A stretch of DNA of 58,822 nt from a virus (lineage: Duplodnaviria > Caudoviricetes), in IMG/VR virus record IMGVR_UViG_3300038608_000026, positions 1 through 58,822 of that record, one strand, 5' to 3'. Shown piece after piece: positions 26,301 through 35,763 of this stretch. Made by a program: the position numbers and the translations under genes. Under the pieces are notes generated by a model. It saw only the letters and a list, made by a program, of their open reading frames with translations. It did not search any database and was not told where the DNA came from. Numbering within the stretch: position 1 is the first letter of the stretch; each line of letters starts with the position of its first letter.

Positions 26301-29300
26301 GGTGATGGGTGTATATCCCTCAGCGATAAAATCTCTGGGCTTCTGCCAATATGCAAACGGAAGGCTTTCTATCTGTTTTTTGATATCCATGCCTTCCCAC
26401 CATTTGTAATCAGGATTGTCCGAACGCGAAAACATGGGTTGAGTCCGGCGAACTGGTGCGCGTTGAAAATCGGCCGGAACTTCCTTATCCTGTTCTTCTC
26501 TTATGGCGTCTAGTTTTTCTCCGTTACGTTCCAGAAGGGCAATGCGGTCTAAAACTTTCTGATTCCATAGGACGTAATTATAAGTGGATTCGTTCGCATT
26601 CTTTAAATCTGATATGGCATTCAATAAATCTGGCGATACCTCATAATTACTCAAGTTTTTACCAAGTGCAGCAGAAATAGCCTGCGACGGATAGTCAAAC
26701 CCCAACCAATCATTGTCATTTATAGCTCTAAGTACACTTTCTTGTTCTGGTGTAAATGCACTCGTTCCAATAAGTTCCATAACTTCATTGAAGTCTGCAT
26801 TTTCGGGGATAACGTCAAGAAATGCTTTTTTAATATCCGCAAGCGGTTTATTCCTGCTCATCTGATCCAGATATTTATTGCCGGGGATGCCAATAGAGGC
26901 GAGAAATAAGGACGCTGCCTTTTTGTCATCCTTAAGGTGCAAGCCCATTTGCTTTAATATTCCGTTATTACCGCTAAATAACTCATAAAGTTTCTCACCA
27001 GTTATGCCGTCATCTATTACGCCTTTCCATTCAGTTATTGCTTCTTGAGAAAATCCAGCAGATTTCATCCCATTAAGTATTTTCTGTTTGATATTAGATT
27101 GATCTTTAACCGGTTTTTCCCAATCCAGCAACTTCGGCAGAACGTCATCAGGGATTTCGAGTTTGTAGAGGGAACCAGGTTGCTTATTTACGTAATTGGT
27201 TGCAACGCCAAAACTTTCCGCCGAATACCATCCATATCCATACGCCGCGGCACCTTCTCCTGTTCCTATCTTATCAAGTCTGGGCCTGCCATGAGGGAAT
27301 CCCGGTTCAGGACGCCAAACGTGTGGTGTACCATGATGGGCTATCTTGAAGTTGACGCCCTCGCCCCCAAACTCCTTAAACGCATCCTGTAATACGACCC
27401 GGACTTCCGCATCGGACAACTTGACATCTAACCCGACAGCTCTTAAAAGGTCATGGAATACAGCAACTAGTTTGTCGTACCATTTGGGCTGGGACTCATA
27501 AGTTTGATTGCAAAGCCATTCCTCACATGCCTGTCTTCTGCCCTGAACAGTATTGATGTTTAAATGGGTGTGGGTAGTCTTAACTAACTGTTTTACTTCT
27601 TCGGAGTGTGCCCTGTAAATAGCGTCCATCAGGGCTTCATATTTCATCCGGATGGGCATTATCTTGCCCTGTGTTTGTCTCTGGAAGAATTTACCCAATC
27701 CGCTATGAGTCAACTCGTGAGCAAGTGTCCTAAAGATTTCATCTGTGCTTCTCAGGTTGTCGGATATAAGATAGACTTCCCCGTTATGGGTAAATCCCAT
27801 AGCGTCGTCTATTTCATATTCTTCCATTATTCCCTGAACAGATTCCGGGCAATCCTGATTAGACTGGACGACATTGACCTTTGGGGCATGTGGAATGAAC
27901 TCAAGTGCCAGGTCAACAACAGACTGGACTTTGGTCTGTCGGAGGCCGGTGGAAACGCCTCGCTGGAACGAAACATCTTTCTCAGATGGATTAGGGGATT
28001 CGTGCGCTTTGGCCCAGATGTCGAAAAGCTCTTGTTTTGTTATCGGGGCTTTTTTATCAAAAGTATCCTTGCCACCCATAAGCCCATAATCAAGTTTCTC
28101 CCACGGAAAGGGTGTTTCTCTATCAATTACTTCGATATTATCCCGGTTGTATTTTTGGGGTAATTTTTCAACCGGCTTTTGAATCCATTTTACATTCGTG
28201 ATTAACGGTTCTCCATCATGTCCATAACCAATAATATCGCCCTTTACCACGCCAATATATTTCGTTGCCGCTTTTGGTTGCGCTCCAACCCATTCTTGTT
28301 TATACAGCGGAGTATAATATACGGACATTCCGCCATAGGGTTCGCCTGTGAGATGATTTTTAGATTTTACATCAAGAAGATGTTCGTTTGGATTATTAGT
28401 TGCGCGATAAAAAACTTTTTGGTTTCTATATTGGAATGAACTTTCCAGGTCTTTTAAATCGCTTATTGAATCAATACCGCGATAATTATATATTTTACCA
28501 TTAAAATATTGGGTTCCGTGCCACGGTGATTCGTACAACGTATCGTTTGCGAAATCATATGGGCTGTCGTATTGCCTGGCTTTGTTTATTAACTCCCCTA
28601 TCTCTTCTTCCGTTATCTTTTCTTCCGTTTGGTTTTTGCGCTGGAACGAAACATCTTTCTCAGTTTGAACTTCAGTTTTGGTTTCTGGTTTTAAATCAAT
28701 CAGCACTTCGCTCTTGCCCATAGTAACTGGAACTGCTTTTTTCCATGCTTTTGCTATATAGTCTTCGTTATTACCTTTTACGGTAAGTAAGTAGCGTGCA
28801 CCAATACCTTTTGGCAATATATCAAGATTTGTAATTTTAAGGTCTTTAGAATATGGGATAATATTTTTTTCTTCTTTCGCAAACAGGTTCCCTGTCGGGA
28901 TGACTTCCTTTATCTTTTCTCCCATTCCTCTTGGCGCGGCCTGATTTGCAAGATTAAAAGAGTCTGTTCCTTCTAATTCTGTTTGAACGTCACCCTTTGA
29001 TTTAATCTTATCAATGGCGATTTGCGCCCAGACATTATTTTTATAGTGATTTAAAACTTCGAGGGGAACCTTTTCGCCGTTCGCTACTGCCTGTTTGACG
29101 TGTTGAGCATGTGCCGCCAGACGTATTGCCCTTTCATCACCAGTAGCATCTCCGACAAATTCTTCTCTTGTTTGTTCCCACGGTTGTTTGGTGATATAGG
29201 ATTCCTTTGACATTTCGTCAAAGAATGAGGCTATTTCTGTATGGGCTGCTTCGAGTTGTTCGGGCGAATACCCTTCAGTTTCAAGAATTTCAGAAGTGCC

Positions 29301-32300
29301 GGATACAAGATCGTCTTTGCTTTCTGCAATCTCTCCGGCGTCAATTTCTTCTTTGGCAAGTTGTTCTCTTGTTTCATTTTGTAACTCCATTACTTTTTCA
29401 AATTGATTTACTATTCCGGCGTAAGTTTTTCCGCTTTCGTGATCGGCTATTTTATTAACATCTTCCCAAATAATACTCTGCTTACTTGTAAGTTTATCAC
29501 CCTTCAACCCCTTGGTGATAATGTTTGCTAGATATTTTGCATTAATACTTTCCTTTTCTCCTGTGGGAGATGTCTTTTTATTCCCGTATTTTTTTACAAT
29601 ATCACTAAACCATTCCGGGTACCCTGATTTCGCATAAATAGGATTCCCGCTCTCGTCTTGTCCCTGAAGTCCACCTGGCGTACCTGTTTCTAATCCAGAC
29701 CACATTTCATGTAAAACAAGTTCTCTTACTTCTGGATTTGTTTCCTTTATCTTTTCTTCCGTTTTTACCGGGGTAATAACTTCGGCACGTTCAATAGGTG
29801 TCTTCTCTTTTAGTGGTTTAATAATAGATTCTTTCGGTTTTGATTCAAGTGCTTTTCCCTTCTGCACAGAAAAGAATTTTTTAGCCTCCGTTGCAGAGTT
29901 AAATGTATTCCCCGGAAATACTTCGTTCCTTGTACCACGATAAAATAACTTGAATTTCCCATCAGGTTGCTCAAGAGCCTGTATACTATCAATTCCAATG
30001 TTCGGCTTTGCGGCTAAATCACTTATTTCCCACGGTTCTTTGGTTCTCTCCTTCTCGGTCTCTGCTAACTTCTCCAATCTCCCTTTAATAGTTGCATTCC
30101 ACGGTTGCCGAACGCTATGAACCGAAGGCGCGGCATGGGCAAACCTGATGCTATCAATTCTATCCTGTGGCAATGTCTTTTCTCTAAGGTATCTATCAAG
30201 CTCAGTTTCCGTTGCAGATATTAATCGTTCAATCCTGCCTGTTTCTCGCGTTGATTTTGCGGCGTTTTTTTCTTTTGTTAAACTAGCCAGCCTATTAATA
30301 AGTTCTGCTTTATATTCAATTAATTGACCTTTTATCGCCTTCTTAACTTCTTCGGTGTCTTCCGGTTGAGTCGGTTTGGTTTCAGCATTTGGTGCCAGTT
30401 CAGCTTTCTTCAATTCTGGATAGTCGGGATGTTCAGTTATTTTCCCCTCGGTTATTGCTTGCTGAACAATATCTTTATGATTATATTTCCGTTGCCCTGC
30501 GTCTATGGCGTCGGATTCGTTTCTAATGTATCCAGCGTAAGATTTTAAATTATCGGCTACTCTGGCAATCCTATCTTTACTATAAAGCGTCAACGCCCTA
30601 GGAGTCGCGCTTACGCCATTGGAAAGTTTATATTCATTCCCTTTTTTCGACAATATCAGCCCATATTTGCGGTATTCACCACGTAAGTCATCAAATTCTC
30701 CAATATATTCTTTTGGAGCATATTCAGATTCTTTTTCAATTACATCAGCTAGTTTTGCTGGCATGGTAGGAGCGTATTCATTTACCGTCATTTGCCACGG
30801 TTCTTTGACTTCCGTCTTGACCTCGTCCGCGCTGCCTTCGGGTAGTTTGGGTTCGGTAGGCACGACCTTTTCTGATGGTTTTGTTAGTTCTGCCAATCTC
30901 GTTTTCTTCTGTTCTAAATCAACCGCCCATTTTTCATACTGCGTTTCTCCTTTGTGATTTGCATTTCTGGAAAGATACTCTTCCTGCTGGACAATTTGAT
31001 TTTGAAGTTTTTCAACTCTCTTTGCCATTGCCGGTGGAAGTTCTTCTTCTATTGTATCTGGCGGTTCAAAACCAGGGACGTCCTGCTCAACGGTATTCAC
31101 CAGGGATTCGTCAATCTTTTTCGTGACGTTTTCAGTTATTAATCCATTAATACTGTCTCTTAACTGTGGATATTTTTCTTTGAATCTGTCAAGGTCGGTA
31201 TCATCAAAAATTCCACTGTTCTGAGCTTCCTTAATAATTCCAACTGCAACGTCAGGAGTAAAATCATCATCACCATATTTCCCTGTTTTTAGTCCTTCAT
31301 CAATATCCATTGAGATCATGGCTCCGGCTTTTAACTTTTCAATATATTGCGCTGCTGCTTTTTCCTCCTGGTCTTTACTTCTTAGTTTATTGGATACTCC
31401 AGCCAGCCCACCAGTAAGAATAGTCATAAATGCCGTTGGGCCGATAACATCAATAGCTTCTCCGATCGGATTTGCGTTTGGTCTTATTCCTGAATATTTC
31501 TCTACCTCGGCTTCCAGTCCGGCTTGCCCTGTTTCAGTCCCGGTCTCAACGCCGATAGTCTTTATTAAATCTTTTACAAACTCCTTTGCCCCTCTTTTGG
31601 TAATTTCTGACTCGTCAAGACGAAATAATTTTGCAAGATATTTTGTTCCAAAAAATTCGCCTGCTGATTCAATCGCACCGGTTAAATAAGGGGAAAGTCC
31701 AGGATCAACTCCCGTCTGCTCTGCTGTATCTTTAGTTTGTTGCGCTTGCGATAACCCGAATAAAGTCGCTGTTGACCCAGCAGCAATATTCGTAGCTGAC
31801 TTTGCAGCAGCCGTGGCTTCTGCTATCTTTCCGGCCTTTAGTAAAGCATTAACACCCTTAATTCCGCTCGCTGCTGTTCCAATAACACCTGCTGGAAGAA
31901 GAGAAGGAGCTAGCATTTTAGTTCCTTCATAGACGATTCTATCCAGTCCAGTTCTCTCTATCTCCGGTCCATATATTTCCTGCCTCTTCTCTTCCGCCCA
32001 ATCCTTTAATGATTTACCTGCTTTTTCAATCCCTTCGAATGGAAGATGAGAACCAGCGAACTGCAAAGCTCCGCCAATCATCGATGGTAATTCTGTTGTA
32101 ATACCCTCCGCTCCACCTTGTAGAAATGATTTTACAACATTTCCGCTTGACTGACCAACGCTGGCCCTCAGTTTATCCTCGAACGTTGGATTACGTTGCC
32201 GACGGTCTTCTTCCAGAATAGACCCGATACCAGCAGACTGTTTCCATGTATCAAAATCAGGCTCTCCGTTGTGGTAACCTTTTTGATATGCGTCTTTGGC

Positions 32301-32372
32301 AACATCCTCCAGGGATGCGTCACCGTAAAAGTCCTTATATTTATCTCGATACCTGATAATGTCAAAAGGCAT
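23364..32372 (-). CDS. Giant polyvalent (DNA-ejection-type) protein, 3002 aa: ART-like domains, zincin metallopeptidase, C-terminal LPD38-like domain
   Basis: HELTH (HExxH) at 27705-27719; HHGT...IGTGEG.AAYGYGWY ART-PolyVal-type motif; TVNFNRKG...YAFFNASVQG...IPMPLG...NKDW.G.PI C-terminus. Confidence 0.8.
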   Translation of the reverse strand: MPFDIIRYRDKYKDFYGDASLEDVAKDAYQKGYHNGEPDFDTWKQSAGIGSILEEDRRQRNPTFEDKLRASVGQSSGNVVKSFLQGGAEGITTELPSMIGGALQFAGSHLPFEGIEKAGKSLKDWAEEKRQEIYGPEIERTGLDRIVYEGTKMLAPSLLPAGVIGTAASGIKGVNALLKAGKIAEATAAAKSATNIAAGSTATLFGLSQAQQTKDTAEQTGVDPGLSPYLTGAIESAGEFFGTKYLAKLFRLDESEITKRGAKEFVKDLIKTIGVETGTETGQAGLEAEVEKYSGIRPNANPIGEAIDVIGPTAFMTILTGGLAGVSNKLRSKDQEEKAAAQYIEKLKAGAMISMDIDEGLKTGKYGDDDFTPDVAVGIIKEAQNSGIFDDTDLDRFKEKYPQLRDSINGLITENVTKKIDESLVNTVEQDVPGFEPPDTIEEELPPAMAKRVEKLQNQIVQQEEYLSRNANHKGETQYEKWAVDLEQKKTRLAELTKPSEKVVPTEPKLPEGSADEVKTEVKEPWQMTVNEYAPTMPAKLADVIEKESEYAPKEYIGEFDDLRGEYRKYGLILSKKGNEYKLSNGVSATPRALTLYSKDRIARVADNLKSYAGYIRNESDAIDAGQRKYNHKDIVQQAITEGKITEHPDYPELKKAELAPNAETKPTQPEDTEEVKKAIKGQLIEYKAELINRLASLTKEKNAAKSTRETGRIERLISATETELDRYLREKTLPQDRIDSIRFAHAAPSVHSVRQPWNATIKGRLEKLAETEKERTKEPWEISDLAAKPNIGIDSIQALEQPDGKFKLFYRGTRNEVFPGNTFNSATEAKKFFSVQKGKALESKPKESIIKPLKEKTPIERAEVITPVKTEEKIKETNPEVRELVLHEMWSGLETGTPGGLQGQDESGNPIYAKSGYPEWFSDIVKKYGNKKTSPTGEKESINAKYLANIITKGLKGDKLTSKQSIIWEDVNKIADHESGKTYAGIVNQFEKVMELQNETREQLAKEEIDAGEIAESKDDLVSGTSEILETEGYSPEQLEAAHTEIASFFDEMSKESYITKQPWEQTREEFVGDATGDERAIRLAAHAQHVKQAVANGEKVPLEVLNHYKNNVWAQIAIDKIKSKGDVQTELEGTDSFNLANQAAPRGMGEKIKEVIPTGNLFAKEEKNIIPYSKDLKITNLDILPKGIGARYLLTVKGNNEDYIAKAWKKAVPVTMGKSEVLIDLKPETKTEVQTEKDVSFQRKNQTEEKITEEEIGELINKARQYDSPYDFANDTLYESPWHGTQYFNGKIYNYRGIDSISDLKDLESSFQYRNQKVFYRATNNPNEHLLDVKSKNHLTGEPYGGMSVYYTPLYKQEWVGAQPKAATKYIGVVKGDIIGYGHDGEPLITNVKWIQKPVEKLPQKYNRDNIEVIDRETPFPWEKLDYGLMGGKDTFDKKAPITKQELFDIWAKAHESPNPSEKDVSFQRGVSTGLRQTKVQSVVDLALEFIPHAPKVNVVQSNQDCPESVQGIMEEYEIDDAMGFTHNGEVYLISDNLRSTDEIFRTLAHELTHSGLGKFFQRQTQGKIMPIRMKYEALMDAIYRAHSEEVKQLVKTTHTHLNINTVQGRRQACEEWLCNQTYESQPKWYDKLVAVFHDLLRAVGLDVKLSDAEVRVVLQDAFKEFGGEGVNFKIAHHGTPHVWRPEPGFPHGRPRLDKIGTGEGAAAYGYGWYSAESFGVATNYVNKQPGSLYKLEIPDDVLPKLLDWEKPVKDQSNIKQKILNGMKSAGFSQEAITEWKGVIDDGITGEKLYELFSGNNGILKQMGLHLKDDKKAASLFLASIGIPGNKYLDQMSRNKPLADIKKAFLDVIPENADFNEVMELIGTSAFTPEQESVLRAINDNDWLGFDYPSQAISAALGKNLSNYEVSPDLLNAISDLKNANESTYNYVLWNQKVLDRIALLERNGEKLDAIREEQDKEVPADFQRAPVRRTQPMFSRSDNPDYKWWEGMDIKKQIESLPFAYWQKPRDFIAEGYTPITRSEADELYYAGLDKFVAHVNIKGDVETTGNEGLFMRPLSFYGYQYWRYDERHGQETKAKKRYSEYRERYLQGNKGKIARQEGRETVPISEGTPERKVAETKFQRQNSDPLANHWNTPEHTRWDDFLYNLADKNIDAKDVVKAIRDFGKTVSEETDVKLKETNYSGRLDARVKDFLSNEFQPVMKALARAGISREQFEEFLLMRHAKEANGYYRRNRGTPDGGSGVLDAQVDEYFNGKKVKTGDYVFNTLTPELHHKMMPIADMIDRITHKSAQILIDYGVESQNTIGAWFGSYQHYVPLSRDDDPVYGRVIPTGFSVSGPSSARRQGGSEKPALNILSNIAAQREKYIKRGEKNIISKALYSLAQNNPNPEFWEVVKPQVVPKMNVATGETVPVLDESYKKEDMVIMSRQLGSDGEIVEKGIRFNKKNDRAARMALALKNLDLDSIGTVLGTMAKVTRYMASINTQYNPVFGITNFFRDLGTMAFNLSTTPIAGKQAQVLKGIGPAMMGISKALRGNLDSPQAKLFKEFQMRGGQTGYVDLYKTSEDRTKDIDKQLKMIKGKAPIRGIISWAGEALSNYNNSIENAVRLSAYEVGIANGMSKDAAAAMAKDLTVNFNRKGQWASQAGAMYAFFNASVQGSMRMYETLKGPKGRKIIAGGLIFGAVQALALAAAGFDDDEPPDFVRERNIIIPIGGKQYITIPMPLGFNIIPSIGRIPVEIALAGGKGADRKVGSLFGIILEAFNPLGSSGVSLQTFAPTIADPFVALAENKDWTGKPIYKENFNSLNPAPGHAMAKDTASLLGRGLSYALNIATGGSKYIPGYFSPTPDQIDYLAGQATGGIGRELSKTSQTVQSMYSGEELPTYKIPVASRFYGNAEGTSNERRKFYDNVKKMNMHERELKGLQSEGRSVLEYLKDNPEARLFKIMGKTENLIRKLEIRRDKLKDMGASPGQIRRIDDYMTARMKRVNDAIERMEKT
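27961..28663. repeat. Exact 25-bp direct repeats bounding a 678-bp in-frame cassette
   Basis: CGCTGGAACGAAACATCTTTCTCAG at 27961-27985 and 28639-28663 (both encode EKDVSFQR). Confidence 0.92.
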
Positions 32373-32384
32373 TTTTAACTCCTG

Positions 32385-33185
32385 TTACGATAGTCCAGCT
32401 CTTAACCGATTTCGCGCCTGTCGTTTTTTCCTTTCTTCATCCGTTTCTCTCGTTGCATTTTTTTGTACGGTATCCCAGTATTGTTTATTAGCTTCTACTT
32501 CTTTGGGACTATTGAAAAAAGAAAATCCGGTAGCAGATCTCCTCGTTCTGTTAAACTCATTTTCTCGTTGTTCTAATGTGGGAGTGGATGGAACGTTCTT
32601 TACAACCGGTATTGGCGTTTTCACGGAAGTACCACCGCTGATATCAGGAGTAATGAAACTGCCTTTATCGTTCCCGGTCGGAACGACTATTTCGCCTTTT
32701 TTTGTTGTCTCCTGTTTCATTGTCGGCTCCTGTTTTATTGTCGGCTGTCCTTTGGCTCCCAAACCAAGAGTTCCCAGTATATCATCCTGGTTATATTTTT
32801 TGCCAATTTCTTGGCGCATGGTTTGCGCATTAAAACGTCCAAGATTCTCATTAACTCTCTCCTTGTACAAACCAAGATTATATGTACGGGCGTTATTAAG
32901 ACGATCTGTATCTTCCATTAACGTCTGCCGAGCTAACGCGCCGGCATTGGTTTCACGTGCAACATTCAACGCGCCGGCGTTTGTTTGTTTCCCGACATCA
33001 AGTTGCGTATTTCGTCCCCTGAGCTCTTTCAGATAGGCTTCTTCGCTACCTTTCCTGAGCAAGTCATCTTCCCGTTCTCTCTCTTCTTTGCTGTTAAGGG
33101 CGAAAATATCATCTGTTCCACCTTTCCTTTTTTTAACCATATCCAGTACTTCATTAATTAATCCCTGAAGATTTACACGTCCCAT
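32385..33185 (-). CDS. Putative internal virion (ejection) protein
   Basis: Low-complexity, charged protein upstream of the giant gene. Confidence 0.55.
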   Translation of the reverse strand: MGRVNLQGLINEVLDMVKKRKGGTDDIFALNSKEEREREDDLLRKGSEEAYLKELRGRNTQLDVGKQTNAGALNVARETNAGALARQTLMEDTDRLNNARTYNLGLYKERVNENLGRFNAQTMRQEIGKKYNQDDILGTLGLGAKGQPTIKQEPTMKQETTKKGEIVVPTGNDKGSFITPDISGGTSVKTPIPVVKNVPSTPTLEQRENEFNRTRRSATGFSFFNSPKEVEANKQYWDTVQKNATRETDEERKKRQARNRLRAGLS

Positions 33186-33234
33186 GATTGCACTCCTTTA
33201 ATGCTTCACTTAATTGCCATCGTTCCACAAATTT

Positions 33235-34596
33235 TCACACCTTTATCCGAAAGTACGTACAGGGAATTATGGCATATTTATCATTAATAGACAATGTTTT
33301 TGTATAAGTGTTGCTGTCTTTTAAATACATCTGATCCAGTGATGAAAAAGCTTTAGTGGCTGGAGTAATAGAATCCATCTTTAAAACGGCCACCCTATCA
33401 CCAACGCTGTATACAAGGAAATCAGATGATTCTATTTTGATTTGGCATCCCTGAACAGAAACAAGGTATAAATTACCAGCCCTGCCATCTACTCTGTCGT
33501 CTTCCAACGTAACTCCCATTACAATCCCGGATGTAAGATTTCTAGTTTCCATCCAGTTCCCAGCATACAAAAACGGATTACTCTCCTGAAACCACCAGAC
33601 ATGAGGTGGACAGGCGACCGGGCGAACAAGTATTCCGATGAACTCTCCCGGAACCGGGAAGGTAGAATCTTTATGTATCCAGTACCGCATCCATAATTTT
33701 TGTTTAATATCTTCTCCGTAATCCTTTATATTGCTAGCCCACAACTCCACATCACGGGAAGCAACAGGGGCATAAGCGGACGTACCGTCTGAATTATTGT
33801 TATTCTGTGAGGGTATAGATATTTCCGGTTTATAATAGGCACTTTCAATAAGGTGTCGTCCAAAACAATAATTTAGTCCGGCGTCTTTCATATCGGGAAA
33901 CATCTCAGGAACGCTTTGTATAGAAGGTTTGTATTTGTCTTCCAAATAACTGATAGCAGGCTTTTGATGATAATACCCTGAAGAAGCGTAGGCCGCAAAG
34001 GGATATCCGCTCAATTCCGTTTCCTGAAAAAGAGAAATAACTTCCATGACTCCGAGTTGGCCTATCGGGAAAGCGACATATCCTACATAATCGTTGGGTT
34101 TGTCCTTAAATCCATTCGACCCTTCTGATGGATATTCAAGTGGCAAATCTTTTGTCCTCAGTTCAAAAAATGCCGTGTTAATCCAGTAAATACCGTTATT
34201 TTCGTATTGTGCATAGATCAGATTACCAAAAACATCCTCTTGCACTTCCGTAGATAGTTGTTGTTTTAAATCTGTCAGCACCTTTAAGGGTTTTAGTCCC
34301 GGTAGATAACTTAAAAAGTTGAGATTATTATTTAGATAACTCGAATAATCATAATGAGCAGCTTCCTCTGGCTTGTCATAATATTTGCTCAGGAAATTCT
34401 GGTGAAAATATAAATACCAGAGGTCGTAGGCTATTGGCGCAGCAGAAACCTGGCCGTCTGAAGTTCGGACTATATCTCCTGGCTCCATAGTCCCGAAAAA
34501 ATCAGAAACCTTTTTAATGGTTTCACCAAGAACAGTTCCGCTCCCAGCCAATCCTTTCATGCTTTCCAGTTTATTAATTAATTCGTCTCTTGTCAT
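33235..34596 (-). CDS. Virion-module protein with OB-fold-like C-terminus
   Basis: SGIV...YLVSV...SSDF..YSVGDRVAVLK. Confidence 0.55.
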   Translation of the reverse strand: MTRDELINKLESMKGLAGSGTVLGETIKKVSDFFGTMEPGDIVRTSDGQVSAAPIAYDLWYLYFHQNFLSKYYDKPEEAAHYDYSSYLNNNLNFLSYLPGLKPLKVLTDLKQQLSTEVQEDVFGNLIYAQYENNGIYWINTAFFELRTKDLPLEYPSEGSNGFKDKPNDYVGYVAFPIGQLGVMEVISLFQETELSGYPFAAYASSGYYHQKPAISYLEDKYKPSIQSVPEMFPDMKDAGLNYCFGRHLIESAYYKPEISIPSQNNNNSDGTSAYAPVASRDVELWASNIKDYGEDIKQKLWMRYWIHKDSTFPVPGEFIGILVRPVACPPHVWWFQESNPFLYAGNWMETRNLTSGIVMGVTLEDDRVDGRAGNLYLVSVQGCQIKIESSDFLVYSVGDRVAVLKMDSITPATKAFSSLDQMYLKDSNTYTKTLSINDKYAIIPCTYFRIKV

Positions 34597-35753
34597 GTTG
34601 ACGCCTTTCTTATCGTATGGGCTAATTGTGTTGTGATTTCCGCCGCTGCCAACTTTTCGGCAACATTAATCGCTGCATACGCTTTGTCCCATGAATTATT
34701 CGCCCTTGCTGAATTTTCCTTTATTCTTTCAGCATCAATCGCTGCGTCGTTAGCTTTATTAATATCAGCCAATGTTTTATTAAGTCCCGACATATTGCTT
34801 TCTAGTTCATTTCGCAGAAGTTTTTCCTGTTCATCGCGTTGAAGTATGTATTCTTTGGTTGTTTGTTTCAAATTAAGTAAGTCGTCTTTATTACGATAAA
34901 TAGTATCTTCGTGAGACATCAAAGTATGGGCAATATAATTAAGTTCAGCCTCCGCATCGTCGTATCTGGCCCGCGCCAGGGTTATGCGTGCGTCTGCTAT
35001 AGGAAGATTTGATTTAAGAATAGTTGTTTCTGCCTTGGCCAGAGCAAGTTCATCCGAAAGAAGGTCTATCTTCGCAATAGCCCTTTCGGTTTCTGCAATA
35101 TTTACTTGTGTCCGCGCCATCTGAACGTCTATATCCAGCAGTTCAGTAGCTGTGCGTACGATCTGAACCTGTAATCTTAAAATCTCGTTTGCCGTGTCCA
35201 TCTTCTGATTTTCTACACGTAGTGCCTGCAATTCCTTTTCTGCTATTTCAATTTCGACGTTACTTAAATTTATCCCCTCAATTTGAATATACGCCTGTAA
35301 TTCTGTTATTCGTGCCGCGTTCTTTTCTATCTCGGAAGACACTTTTGCAGACAAGGTTTCCAGAGCTGCCCGATCTGCGTCAAGAGCAGCATAACGCGCA
35401 TCGGCAATGGCGCTTTCCATATTAATCTTTTCCTGAGCAGTAATCATTTTCCGGTCATGGATAAGCTTGTCAATTTCGGCTAAATATCTCTTAGAGACAA
35501 TATCAGCGACGACAATTTGTTCCTGATTATTCAAGTCTGCTATTTTGCTATTATAATCAGTAAGTAAATTCGCTAAATCGGAATCTTCAATCTGCTTTAA
35601 ATAAAGTTGTCCATTTATATATGAATTAGAATACAATCCAAAGATAACAATCCTTTCGGCGGATTCCGTTTCATTAAAATGGTATGAGTAAGAAAAGGGA
35701 TTCCATATTTTGAGTTCCCTTGCCATATTTCGTGCTCTTGCTTCGTCGGACAT
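34593..35753 (-). CDS. Coiled-coil virion protein
   Basis: Heptad-rich; ends AAAEITTQLAHTI, similar to its neighbour. Confidence 0.65.
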   Translation of the reverse strand: MSDEARARNMARELKIWNPFSYSYHFNETESAERIVIFGLYSNSYINGQLYLKQIEDSDLANLLTDYNSKIADLNNQEQIVVADIVSKRYLAEIDKLIHDRKMITAQEKINMESAIADARYAALDADRAALETLSAKVSSEIEKNAARITELQAYIQIEGINLSNVEIEIAEKELQALRVENQKMDTANEILRLQVQIVRTATELLDIDVQMARTQVNIAETERAIAKIDLLSDELALAKAETTILKSNLPIADARITLARARYDDAEAELNYIAHTLMSHEDTIYRNKDDLLNLKQTTKEYILQRDEQEKLLRNELESNMSGLNKTLADINKANDAAIDAERIKENSARANNSWDKAYAAINVAEKLAAAEITTQLAHTIRKAST

Positions 35754-35763
35754 TGGATCACCC

